Shown piece after piece: positions 55,485 to 64,000 of a stretch of 64,000 nt of DNA. Source of the stretch: an uncultured Rikenellaceae bacterium. Its GTDB lineage: Bacteria > Bacteroidota > Bacteroidia > Bacteroidales > VadinHA17. How positions within the stretch are numbered: position 1 is the first letter of the stretch; the number at the start of each line of letters is the position of its first letter. Made by a program: the position numbers and the translations under genes. The stretch lies in contig CAYQRF010000001.1 of assembly GCA_964419775.1 (NCBI GenBank), positions 3,985 through 67,984 on the forward strand, read 5' to 3'. The notes under the pieces are model-generated. The model was not told where the DNA came from and made no database searches. It saw only the letters and a program-made list of their open reading frames with translations.

Positions 55485-57107
55485 ATGAGAAGACTATTGA
55501 CTTTTGTATCAGCAGCGTTAGTCTCCGGAACTTTGTTTGCCGGCGGACTGGTCACCAATACCAATCAGAGCGCAACCTGGGCCAGAATGCCCTCGAGGAA
55601 TGCATCAATAAAAGCGGATGCCGTCTACTACAATCCGGCAGGATTAATGATGATGGATAACGGATTCCATTTTTCTCTCAACAATCAGACGATATTTCAG
55701 AAAAGGACAATTGAAAGCACTTACCCTTACCTGAACTCAGGTATTTACGAGGGAAGCGTCACAGCTCCTTTTTTCCCGTCAATTTATGCAGCGTACAAGA
55801 TGGACAAGCTTGCCTTCTCGGTGGGATTCCTTCCAATCGGTGGCGGCGGCGGAGCACTCTATGAGGATGGTCTTCCTTCATTTGAGATGAGTCAGTCGGA
55901 CCTGGTTCCTTCACTGGCCAATTCACCCTATGGTGTAACAGGATACAGGATGGATATAAATTTCGAGGGAAGCTCAACCTTCCTCGGATTTCAGGGAGCA
56001 GTATCCTATAAGGTAAACGACTGGTTGTCGGTTGCAGCAGGTGCAAGATATGTGACCGCCAAGAATACCTATGAAGGTTATCTGAAGGATGTAGAGGTAA
56101 ATACTATTGGCGGATGGATGCCTGCATCAGAGGTCATCGGCGAGATTTCAGCCACAGCCCAGGCAGGAGGCTCCTCACTCAATCAGCTTATAACCAACAA
56201 CCTTGGAGGATTTACTGCAGATCAGCTGGTACAGGCCGAGGTAATTAATGAAGCAACCAGAAACGCTATCGTAGGTGGATTGACCAGCCTTGGGATTCCC
56301 AACGCAGCCGCCCTCACAATAGCCCAGAGCCAGGCCACTTTCTTTGGAGCAGCAAGGGTTTACGGCAATAAAGCAACCCTTCTTGAAGATCAGGAAGCTG
56401 ATGTTGTGCAGTCAGGCTCAGGAATTGCTCCTTTCTTCAGCGTCAATATTTCACCCAGTGAAAACTTCAATATTGCAGTTAAGTATGAAATGGCTACCAA
56501 GCTTGAACTTACAAATGAGACAACCAAGGACCTGACCACAGGTTATCTGGGCGAAGATCCCGAAAGACCTATCACCAGGTTCCCGAATGGCGCGAAGATC
56601 AGAAACGACATGCCTGCGATGCTGGCTGTCGGCGCCGAGCTCAGGTTCCCGTTGTTAAGTGTAAATGCCGGAGTAAACTACTACTTTGACAAGTCGGCAG
56701 ACTACGGTCATTATATTGATATGACACCTGAAAACTCTACTGATTACCTGATCCCCATCAAAAACGAGGATATCATAGCCAACAACGGTTTGTCCATCCA
56801 GGCAGGTGCCGAGATCAACGTAACTGAAAGGCTTGCGGCAAGCGCCGGTTATTCATTTGCCAATCAGGGAGTCAACAGTCTTTATCAGAGCGATCTCACC
56901 TACGGTCTGTCAACACATACAGTCGGAGCCGGCGGTGCTTTTGCTTTCAGCGACAAAGTTGAGCTCAATCTGGGTGTATCATATACCAAGTACATGGACG
57001 ACAGCGTAAAGGTGAATCATTACCTTGGCGGTATGAACCTTATGCCAACTGAAACATACAAGAAGAGTACGCTTGTATTCGGTGTCGGCCTCGACTTCAG
57101 TTTCTGA
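55485..57107 (+). CDS. FadL/TodX-like outer-membrane transport protein
   Basis: Signal peptide, N-terminal hatch-like NQSATWARMPSRNAS...YYNPAGL, and C-terminal ...GVGLDFSF ending in an aromatic residue. Confidence 0.5.
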   Translation: MRRLLTFVSAALVSGTLFAGGLVTNTNQSATWARMPSRNASIKADAVYYNPAGLMMMDNGFHFSLNNQTIFQKRTIESTYPYLNSGIYEGSVTAPFFPSIYAAYKMDKLAFSVGFLPIGGGGGALYEDGLPSFEMSQSDLVPSLANSPYGVTGYRMDINFEGSSTFLGFQGAVSYKVNDWLSVAAGARYVTAKNTYEGYLKDVEVNTIGGWMPASEVIGEISATAQAGGSSLNQLITNNLGGFTADQLVQAEVINEATRNAIVGGLTSLGIPNAAALTIAQSQATFFGAARVYGNKATLLEDQEADVVQSGSGIAPFFSVNISPSENFNIAVKYEMATKLELTNETTKDLTTGYLGEDPERPITRFPNGAKIRNDMPAMLAVGAELRFPLLSVNAGVNYYFDKSADYGHYIDMTPENSTDYLIPIKNEDIIANNGLSIQAGAEINVTERLAASAGYSFANQGVNSLYQSDLTYGLSTHTVGAGGAFAFSDKVELNLGVSYTKYMDDSVKVNHYLGGMNLMPTETYKKSTLVFGVGLDFSF

Positions 57108-57130
57108 AATCAGAATTATAAGACATAAGA

Positions 57131-57161
57131 AAAGGTGCCTGAAGAGGGCACCTTTTTTTTT
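57131..57161 (+). terminator. rho-independent terminator
   Basis: AAAGGTGCC-TGAAGAG-GGCACCTTT followed by a long T run. Confidence 0.85.
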
Positions 57162-57192
57162 GCTCAGGGCACAGGGCTCAGGATGCCTATGT

Positions 57193-57241
57193 CTCCCCTT
57201 CTCCCCCTCGCCTCTTCCGTCTTCCGTCTTCCGTCTTCCGT
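57193..57241. repeat. 7 tandem heptamers (ctcccct tctcccc ctcgcct + CTTCCGT x4)
   Basis: Read directly. Abuts the stop (57243-57245) of the minus-strand gene, so in that gene's sense it reads (ACGGAAG)4. Confidence 0.9.
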
Positions 57242-57242
57242 C

Positions 57243-57932
57243 TCAATACCTTATCCCCTGATCGTTAAGGTGCTTGATATACGCCTCCGCTCTGGGGGCA
57301 TCAGATGACTTGAATTTCCGGTACCACTCGCCGGCTTTTTTGTGATCGCCCTCTGCCGCTGCAAGCTTGATGATGTTGATATTAAGCAATCCCAGAATGC
57401 CATGTTTGTCCGCGCTCAGCTCGTCAGCGAGAGCAATGAAGCTGGCCAGGGCTTTGGATGTCTCATCGTTTTCAGCCAGTCTGAAGGCATTGTCTATTCG
57501 AACATTCAGATCAGCATCGAGGGCTATTCCGTAGAATGAAAAACAGTTTTCATTGCATTCCTCGACCAGGTCGACCCATCCGATCCCTCTGCCAACCGGC
57601 GGGAAGGTAAGCACAAAATCGAGCTTCTCCCCTGGTGATTTGAAAACGTGCGCATCGGGACAAACAGGTATATCTGACGCAGAGATCAGCTTACTCTTCT
57701 TACCGTCGGGGTAGATCAGGAAGATATTTCTGTCGGCGCAGAAAGTGCCATTCTCTATCCTGTTTTCGATGCTCATATAGAAGATGGCCGCTTCAGGCTT
57801 CAGTTCAATTTTAATTATCCTGAGAGTCTCGTGGCTCTTCAGTGAATAGTTGGGGTTAATGATTGTCTGTGAGTTAAGCACCCCAACAAACAGAACAGTA
57901 AAAATGGCTGTGATTAATAATCTTCTGGTCAT
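57243..57932 (-). CDS. secreted hypothetical protein
   Basis: 229-aa ORF with a signal peptide. No family recognised. Confidence 0.5.
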   Translation of the reverse strand: MTRRLLITAIFTVLFVGVLNSQTIINPNYSLKSHETLRIIKIELKPEAAIFYMSIENRIENGTFCADRNIFLIYPDGKKSKLISASDIPVCPDAHVFKSPGEKLDFVLTFPPVGRGIGWVDLVEECNENCFSFYGIALDADLNVRIDNAFRLAENDETSKALASFIALADELSADKHGILGLLNINIIKLAAAEGDHKKAGEWYRKFKSSDAPRAEAYIKHLNDQGIRY

Positions 57933-58135
57933 ATTAAAGTGGAAATAAAACGCAAGTTATGAATTTCATAGTCATTGAGGTTGCTGTCTGCCAGGGAATT
58001 TAACCATACACCAATAATTATCAACAGCGATAGCTGGCGATAGGTCAACCGGGGCGTTGAGTGGTGACGTCGGCCCTGAATTCATTTGTAACAAAACCTT
58101 AATCAATCCTTAACCGTGCTGAATTATCCCGGCCA

Positions 58136-58143
58136 TACTTTTG
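58136..58143 (+). promoter_or_regulatory. candidate -7 box TACTTTTG
   Basis: Same -7 octamer as the ilv and phe promoters, 50 nt upstream of ATG 58193. No good -33 TTTG. Confidence 0.3.
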
Positions 58144-58192
58144 CCGCAGAAAGTAAAGAGAAAATAATTCGCAGAACCAATAAACATGAATC

Positions 58193-59617
58193 ATGAAAAA
58201 GTACTTAACCATTATTGCTTTATTTACAATCATCCTTGCAGGATGCAAAAAGGAAAATGATCCGCCCGTAATAACCGCTCCCCAGAGCGCCTCAGTGGAG
58301 ATAACTGAAACTATTGAGCTTAGTTTCAGCTTTAATGCCATGGCAGGATTCAAATCAGCCTCAGTCAGTGCAACCGGTGGTGATGCTGAAATAAAGAACG
58401 ATGGCAGCATGGGGGCCGAGTCAGGTACAATTGTTGTAACATTCACTGCCGGAAAGGACACAGGAGCCGGTTCGGTGATTCTGACACTTACTGATAATGA
58501 CAGCCAGATTGTAAGCGCAACCGCAGTACTTACAATTGAGGGTGTTCCAGTTGTCTCTGTTACACAGAACATTACCGCAAACACCACATGGACCACCGGC
58601 AACATATATATTCTTGAAGGCCGCATAACGGTAGTATCGGGAGTCACTCTCACAATTCAGCCCGGAGTCATCGTCAAGGGACGCGAAGGTTCGGAGGCTA
58701 ACGCCACCGCTTTGATGATTGCCCGCGGAGCTAAAATAATGGCTGAAGGCACTGCAGATTCACCTGTAATATTTACATCCGTTTCCGATAACATAATTCC
58801 CGGTGAGATCGCCAGTCCCAACCTGGCACCCACTTTGAATGGTCTGTGGGGCGGACTCATTATTCTTGGAAGGGCTCCGATTTCGGCCGAAGCCGAGGCA
58901 ATGCAGATTGAAGGTATCCCTGCATCCGATCTCAATGGTCTTTACGGAGGCACTGATCCTGCAGACAATTCGGGCAGCCTGAAGTATGTTTCCATACGTC
59001 ATGGCGGTGCAAACATCGGTGAAGGAAATGAGATAAACGGACTGACGCTTGGCGGTGTCGGCACCGGGACTGTAATTGAACATGTGGAGATTGTCTCCAA
59101 CCAGGATGACGGTATCGAGTGGTTTGGAGGTACTGTAAATGTAAAGAATGTGGTTGTCTGGAATACCGGCGACGATGCCATCGACACTGACCAGTCCTGG
59201 GGAGGAACCCTCGACAACTTCATAATCATAAACCCGGGCGATGAGTGCCTCGAGCTTGACGGTCCGGAAGGAACAATGGCCGCAAAACACATCCTTAAAA
59301 ACGGATCATGCTATGCCGGTAATGCTCAGGGCCTTGTTGACCTCGATCCCAACTCATATGTTGACATGGACGGGATTTACTTCTTCGGCCTTAAGGCAGG
59401 ACAGGATTTCGATGAACTTCCGACGGTGTATGCATGCACATTCTCAAATCTGCTGGCAACCCTTCCGGCCGGTTCAAATCTTACCGATTTTTTCAAGGGC
59501 GGAAGCGATGCTTTCACGACTGCCGTAGCAACTGGAGCAAACACGAAGGGTGCAAACCCGGATGTTTTCCTGGGCTGGTCGTGGACTGCAGTTTCCGGCT
59601 CACTAACCAACTTCTAA
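58193..59617 (+). CDS. surface lipoprotein of unknown function (Ig-like N-domain plus beta-helix-like region)
   Basis: Lipobox LAGC. Conserved-looking GGANIGEGNEINGLTLGGVGTGT...DDGIEWFGGTVN...GDDAIDTDQSW. Sits immediately upstream of a TBDR. Confidence 0.5.
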   Translation: MKKYLTIIALFTIILAGCKKENDPPVITAPQSASVEITETIELSFSFNAMAGFKSASVSATGGDAEIKNDGSMGAESGTIVVTFTAGKDTGAGSVILTLTDNDSQIVSATAVLTIEGVPVVSVTQNITANTTWTTGNIYILEGRITVVSGVTLTIQPGVIVKGREGSEANATALMIARGAKIMAEGTADSPVIFTSVSDNIIPGEIASPNLAPTLNGLWGGLIILGRAPISAEAEAMQIEGIPASDLNGLYGGTDPADNSGSLKYVSIRHGGANIGEGNEINGLTLGGVGTGTVIEHVEIVSNQDDGIEWFGGTVNVKNVVVWNTGDDAIDTDQSWGGTLDNFIIINPGDECLELDGPEGTMAAKHILKNGSCYAGNAQGLVDLDPNSYVDMDGIYFFGLKAGQDFDELPTVYACTFSNLLATLPAGSNLTDFFKGGSDAFTTAVATGANTKGANPDVFLGWSWTAVSGSLTNF

Positions 59618-59630
59618 AATATAATCACAA

Positions 59631-59662
59631 AAAATCCGCAGGCTGTTAAGTCTGCGGATTTT
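59631..59662 (+). terminator. strong hairpin between the lipoprotein gene and the TBDR gene
   Basis: AAAATCCGCAG-N10-CTGCGGATTTT forms a perfect 11 bp stem, 25 nt before the TBDR ATG. Confidence 0.6.
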
Positions 59663-59686
59663 ATACTAATAAATAACCAATCAATT

Positions 59687-62590
59687 ATGCGTCTTAAAAA
59701 ATTTTTAATCCTGTCTGCAGTTCTGATGTTTTTCTTCAATGAAATCCAAAGTCAGAACGGAATTATAAGAGGCTCAGTAACGGATGAATCAACCGGAGAA
59801 CCTCTTATCGGAGTAACTGTTATCGCTGAAGGCACCACTAAAGGCATGCTGACGGACCTGGACGGAAAATTCAATCTGTCCGTTGAACCGGGCGTTTATA
59901 ATCTCCGGTTCTCTTTTGTTTCATATGAGACACATGCTATAAATGATGTTAAAGTAACAGCCGGCAATGTAACCCTTCTCCAAAACCTGCTCTTAAAATC
60001 AGCAACCTTCGGGCTCTCGGAAGTGACCGTTAGCGCCGAGATGAAGAGGAACACCGAAAATGCCGTCATGGCCATTAAAATGGATTCCCCCAACCTGGTT
60101 GACGGCATTTCGTCGGCTAACTTCAGGAAGATGGGTGATTCGGATGCTGCAGCTTCGATGAAAAGAGTTCCGGGTGTGTCGGTCGAAGGAGGCAGGTATG
60201 TATTTGTAAGAGGTCTGGGCGACCGCTATACAAAGACAATTCTTAACGGTGTTGACATACCGGGGCTCGATCCCGACCGCAATACCATGCAGATGGACAT
60301 CTTCCCCACAAACCTGATCGACAATATCATTGTTCACAAGTCGTTCAGCGCCGAGTTGCCGGCCGATTTCACGGGCGGGATTATCGATATTGCGCTCAGG
60401 GATTTCCCGGATGAAAAAAAGGGGAACCTAAGCATCGGCACAAGTTATAATCCCGATTATCATTTCAAAAACGACTGGCTGACCTACAAAGGCAGCAAGA
60501 CCGATTTCCTCGGATTCGATGACGGCACCAGGGCTATTCCTGCAACTGACAATCTTCCCTTTTTCGCTTCCGTGATAGGAAATCCGCAGGGAGAACAGGC
60601 AGAACGGTACCGCAATATACTTCACAGCTTTAATCCCGACATGGCAGCCCTTAAACAGCGAAGTTTCATTGATTACAATGCAGGAGCGACCTTCGGCAAC
60701 CAGATACCTTTAAAAAAGATTACACTCGGGTACAACGTCGGTTTTTCGTACAAGAACAACACCGAATTTTACCAGGATGCGGAATACGGCCGTTACGGGC
60801 TGGCAAGCGATCCCAATGTAAATGACCTGGAAGTGAGAGAATTTCAGAAAGGTAATTTTGGTGTCAGCAGTGTGCTGCTCAGTGGTCTGGCCGGATTTGC
60901 AGTGAAAACTACCAGCTCAAAATACCGGCTCAACATCATTCACCTGCAGAACGGAGAATCTAAAGCAGGGGTTTTTGATTATGAAGGATCCGATCAGGGA
61001 AGCGTTTTCTCGGGATACCAGCATAATCTGGAATACAGTCAGCGTTCCCTGACAAACGTTCTCCTCGACGGGAAACACACTTTCAAAAATGGCAAATGGG
61101 ATCTTGTCTGGAAACTTTCACCCACATTTTCAAAAATTGAGGATCCCGATGCACGTTTCGTACGCTATGTTGAAGGAAGCACGGATAATTACCTTATCAA
61201 TACCGAATCGGGATTTCCTGAAAGGATATGGAGGACGCTTTCAGAGAACAATCTGGCCGGAGTAGTGCATGCAACGAAGGAATTCAGATTCAATGGCGAA
61301 GCTGCAAGGCTGAGTTTCGGAGGAGCCTATACATACAAGGAGCGCGACTTCATGATAAGAAAATTCATGCTTAATGTCAGGAATGTTCCATTGACTGGCG
61401 ATCCCGATGAGTTGTTCAGGCCTGATAACATCTGGCCACTTAACGGAACCGACTATGGCAGCGGAACAACCTATGAAGCCGGATTCCTGCCGTCGAATCC
61501 AAACCAGTTCTCAGCCAGTTCAAACAACGGGGCAGGTTATGTTTCAACTGAACTGACCCTGTTCAGGGGGCTGAGAGTAATAGCCGGGGTGAGGGTTGAA
61601 AAATTCACTCAGAAATACACCGGGCAGAATCAGCTTGGCTCTATCGTACTGAATAACGACAAGGTTCTGGATGATATTGGAATCTTTCCCTCTGTCAATC
61701 TTATCTATAAACTCAATGAAAGTCAGAACCTGAGGGCTTCGTATGCCCGCACAATTGCAAGGCCTTCATTCAAGGAACTCTCGTTTGCCGAGATTTCTGA
61801 CCCTATAAGCGGCAGGACATTTGTGGGAGGCATGTTCCGCGATGCTGATGATAATGCCGGCATAGAGTACTGGAACGGCGCACTGGAGAGCTCTGACATA
61901 CACAATATCGATCTCAGGTGGGAGCTGTACCGGAGAGACGGCCAGATGCTGTCGCTCAGCGGATTCTACAAATATTTCAACAGGCCGATAGAGGTGGTCC
62001 AGTACGCCACACAGACAGGCACCTTCCAGCCGAGGAATGTCGGCGACGGCCAGGTTCTCGGTGTTGAACTGGAGGTCCGCCAGAACCTTGGCGCCCTTAA
62101 TGCAGCTCTGGAGAACTTCAGTTTCTCTTCCAATATCTCTGTTATAGAGTCAGGGATTGAACTGAGCCTGACTGAATATTTCTCACGGGTTGAAAATTCC
62201 CGTACGGGCCAGAAGATAAGCAGGGTACGCGAAATGGCAGGTCAGTCTCCCTGGATTATTAACACCGGTATTTCCTATGCCGGAAGTGAAAGATCATTCT
62301 GGTCGGGTTTTGAAGCCGGCATCTTCTACAATGTACAGGGCAAAACACTTCAGTATGTGGGCATTGCAGACAGACCTGATATTTACACATTACCTTTCCA
62401 CAATGTTAATCTTACCGCATCAAGGAAGCTTGGAAGAGAAAAAAAGATGCAGCTGGAACTTAAAATCGACAATCTTCTAAACGACAAAAAAGAATCAGTA
62501 TTCAAATCCTTTAATCCGACCGACCAGTTTTTCACCAGACTGGATCCCGGGATAACATGCCACCTGAAACTCAGCTATGCTCTGTTTTAG
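59687..62590 (+). CDS. TonB-dependent receptor (CarboxypepD_reg + plug + large barrel)
   Basis: 967 aa. IRGSVTDESTGEPLIGVTV, plug (VRGLGDRYTKTILNG), C-terminal ...LKLSYALF. Confidence 0.85.
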   Translation: MRLKKFLILSAVLMFFFNEIQSQNGIIRGSVTDESTGEPLIGVTVIAEGTTKGMLTDLDGKFNLSVEPGVYNLRFSFVSYETHAINDVKVTAGNVTLLQNLLLKSATFGLSEVTVSAEMKRNTENAVMAIKMDSPNLVDGISSANFRKMGDSDAAASMKRVPGVSVEGGRYVFVRGLGDRYTKTILNGVDIPGLDPDRNTMQMDIFPTNLIDNIIVHKSFSAELPADFTGGIIDIALRDFPDEKKGNLSIGTSYNPDYHFKNDWLTYKGSKTDFLGFDDGTRAIPATDNLPFFASVIGNPQGEQAERYRNILHSFNPDMAALKQRSFIDYNAGATFGNQIPLKKITLGYNVGFSYKNNTEFYQDAEYGRYGLASDPNVNDLEVREFQKGNFGVSSVLLSGLAGFAVKTTSSKYRLNIIHLQNGESKAGVFDYEGSDQGSVFSGYQHNLEYSQRSLTNVLLDGKHTFKNGKWDLVWKLSPTFSKIEDPDARFVRYVEGSTDNYLINTESGFPERIWRTLSENNLAGVVHATKEFRFNGEAARLSFGGAYTYKERDFMIRKFMLNVRNVPLTGDPDELFRPDNIWPLNGTDYGSGTTYEAGFLPSNPNQFSASSNNGAGYVSTELTLFRGLRVIAGVRVEKFTQKYTGQNQLGSIVLNNDKVLDDIGIFPSVNLIYKLNESQNLRASYARTIARPSFKELSFAEISDPISGRTFVGGMFRDADDNAGIEYWNGALESSDIHNIDLRWELYRRDGQMLSLSGFYKYFNRPIEVVQYATQTGTFQPRNVGDGQVLGVELEVRQNLGALNAALENFSFSSNISVIESGIELSLTEYFSRVENSRTGQKISRVREMAGQSPWIINTGISYAGSERSFWSGFEAGIFYNVQGKTLQYVGIADRPDIYTLPFHNVNLTASRKLGREKKMQLELKIDNLLNDKKESVFKSFNPTDQFFTRLDPGITCHLKLSYALF

Positions 62591-62618
62591 TCTGGTATTC
62601 TGACGCGTGATTGGTTAT

Positions 62619-62658
62619 AATGCCCGTTAAACCGAAGCTACCGGATTTAGCGGGCATT
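62619..62658 (+). terminator. long hairpin after the TBDR (weak terminator candidate)
   Basis: AATGCCCG...CGGGCATT forms 8 bp with inner pairing. There is no clear T tract. Confidence 0.3.
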
Positions 62659-62737
62659 TCTCCGGGCAGTATATCATCTATTTTATTACTTTTATACCAT
62701 AGCATAATTCCAGGAGAAACCCCAAACTTTCCTTCCC

Positions 62738-63424
62738 ATGGACACCCGAAACAAACGAATACTGATTGTTGACGATGAAGAGGATCTTTGTGAGATTCTT
62801 CAGTACAACCTTGGAAACGCAGGGTACATAACGGAGGTGGTGCATTCGGCAGAGGATGCATTGAAGTTGCCCCTCCTGAGCTACGATCTGATACTCCTCG
62901 ATGTGATGATGGGACCTATGTCGGGTTTCAGGCTTGCCGACAAGGTCAGGAAAGAAATGGCCGTCAATGTTCCCATAATTTTCCTTACCGCCAAGGATAC
63001 TGAAAATGATATTCTCACCGGTTTCAGTCTGGGAGCTGATGATTACATAGCAAAACCTTTTTCCATCAACGAACTGACGGCAAGGGTAAAGGCTGTGCTC
63101 AAGCGTGCCAGGAGCGACAGGGCGAAACAGGCTTCATTGATGAAGTACGGGGAAATCGAGCTTGATACTGTCAGAAAAAGACTAATAATAAACAATGAAA
63201 AGATCGAGCTGACCAAAAAGGAATTCGAGATACTTAAGCTCCTGCTCGAAAACCAGGCCAGGGTTTTTTCAAGGGATGAGATTCTGACGAGCGTATGGGG
63301 AAAAGATATTATTGTAACAGAGAGAACGGTTGATGTAAATATCACCAGACTGAGAACCAAGCTGGGATCATTTGGACAGAATCTGAAGAACAAGACTGGT
63401 TACGGCTACTATTTTGAGTTTTGA
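62738..63424 (+). CDS. OmpR/PhoB-family response regulator
   Basis: Receiver domain (ILIVDDEEDL, LILLDVMMGP, FLTAK) plus a winged-helix domain (ELTKKEFEILKLL...RTVDVNITRLRTKL). Confidence 0.88.
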   Translation: MDTRNKRILIVDDEEDLCEILQYNLGNAGYITEVVHSAEDALKLPLLSYDLILLDVMMGPMSGFRLADKVRKEMAVNVPIIFLTAKDTENDILTGFSLGADDYIAKPFSINELTARVKAVLKRARSDRAKQASLMKYGEIELDTVRKRLIINNEKIELTKKEFEILKLLLENQARVFSRDEILTSVWGKDIIVTERTVDVNITRLRTKLGSFGQNLKNKTGYGYYFEF

Positions 63425-63436
63425 TAATTCTCAGGC

Positions 63437-64000
63437 ATGCCAAGGAAAAGAAACACATTCAGGAACACTCTTCTTATCTTCTATTCGGCGATCTTCCTTG
63501 TAATAGCCATGCTCATCGTCGCTTATCTCTACAACAGGGAAAAGCAATACAAAGTGGCAACGCTTAATGATGAGCTGCTGAATATTACCAGGATCACAGA
63601 TAATTACATAAAAATCAACTCGATTTACCGGTCGGGCGGATACACACTTATCGATTCTCTTAACCGTCTTTTTCCTCACACCAACTTACGACTGACTGTA
63701 ATCGGCAAATCCGGCGAAGTTCTGTACGACAGTTTCGTAGATGACTGGTCAAAGATGCAGAATCATCTTACCAGGAAAGAAATAGCAGAGTCGCTTGAAT
63801 CGGAGTTTGGGACCGATATCAGGAAATCGGAAAGCACGGGTCAGAAATTCTATTACTATTCAAAATTCTATGGCGAGTATTTCATAAGATCGGCTCTGGT
63901 TTACGATGTCAGCATCTCAAATTTCATGAGGGCAAACATGAGTTTTCTACTTATCGTAATCGGATGTTTTGTTGTGATAGGCGGTATACTGCTGCTTGTA
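63437..64000 (+). CDS. sensor histidine kinase, N-terminal sensor part only (runs off window)
   Basis: ATG 63437 is 12 nt after the regulator gene and the frame stays open to base 64000. Two TM segments flank a ~150-aa periplasmic region. The kinase core is not visible, so the call is by context. Confidence 0.5.
   Translation, partial: MPRKRNTFRNTLLIFYSAIFLVIAMLIVAYLYNREKQYKVATLNDELLNITRITDNYIKINSIYRSGGYTLIDSLNRLFPHTNLRLTVIGKSGEVLYDSFVDDWSKMQNHLTRKEIAESLESEFGTDIRKSESTGQKFYYYSKFYGEYFIRSALVYDVSISNFMRANMSFLLIVIGCFVVIGGILLLV

Noticed and set aside
52579-62590. Canonical polysaccharide utilisation loci (SusC/SusD pairs)
   Set aside because: Both TonB-dependent receptors lack an adjacent SusD-like gene and have different partner lipoproteins. 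The glycoside hydrolase cluster at 32-44 kb has no receptor at all.

Overview
This 64-kb window looks like a Bacteroidota-type chromosome. The inference rests on TTTG/TAnnTTTG promoter boxes, no Shine-Dalgarno use, CarboxypepD_reg-type TonB receptors, a FISUMP-domain lipoprotein, and the leuA-leuC-leuD-IPMS-like-leuB gene order. No search was run, so all family names come from motif recall.

Bases 1-29 kb hold four same-strand amino-acid biosynthesis operons. Each is preceded by a candidate promoter, a cognate-residue-rich leader peptide and an intrinsic terminator:
- ilvD-ilvB-ilvN-ilvC-leuA-leuC-leuD-cimA-like-leuB
- hisG-D-C-B-H-A-F-IE
- pheA-aminotransferase-tyrA-DAHPsynthase/chorismate mutase-aroA
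- an orphan TrpB2-type gene

Bases 29-45 kb hold accessory glycan genes: a NIPSNAP / PmoA-like / TAT-Gfo-Idh-MocA triad, GH31, an HGSNAT-like acyltransferase, GH105/88 (two copies), a GH106-like gene, a TAT-signal GH5 and a beta-lactamase-fold hydrolase. There is no SusC/SusD pair.

Bases 45-64 kb hold a membrane AraC-TPR regulator, two lipoprotein genes with duplicated leaders, a 2xDUF1080 protein, two TonB-receptor loci and an OmpR-type two-component system whose kinase is cut by the window end.

I recognised no rRNA, tRNA, CRISPR array, transposase or defence genes, and I found no convincing novel multi-gene protein system. The unusual signals are non-coding:
1. Stop-codon-abutting C-run/G-run palindromic elements, two of them inside the ilv-leu operon.
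2. Many intergenic 7-8-bp degenerate tandem arrays, including two sister (ATCACAA)x7 arrays that each end 2 nt before a start codon.
3. A 459-bp element bounded by perfect 21-bp inverted repeats and filled with five ~66-bp terminator-like repeat units.
4. A 99-bp leader duplicated upstream of two unrelated lipoprotein genes.
5. An inverted-repeat-bounded, hairpin-dense 270-bp element between the his and phe operons.
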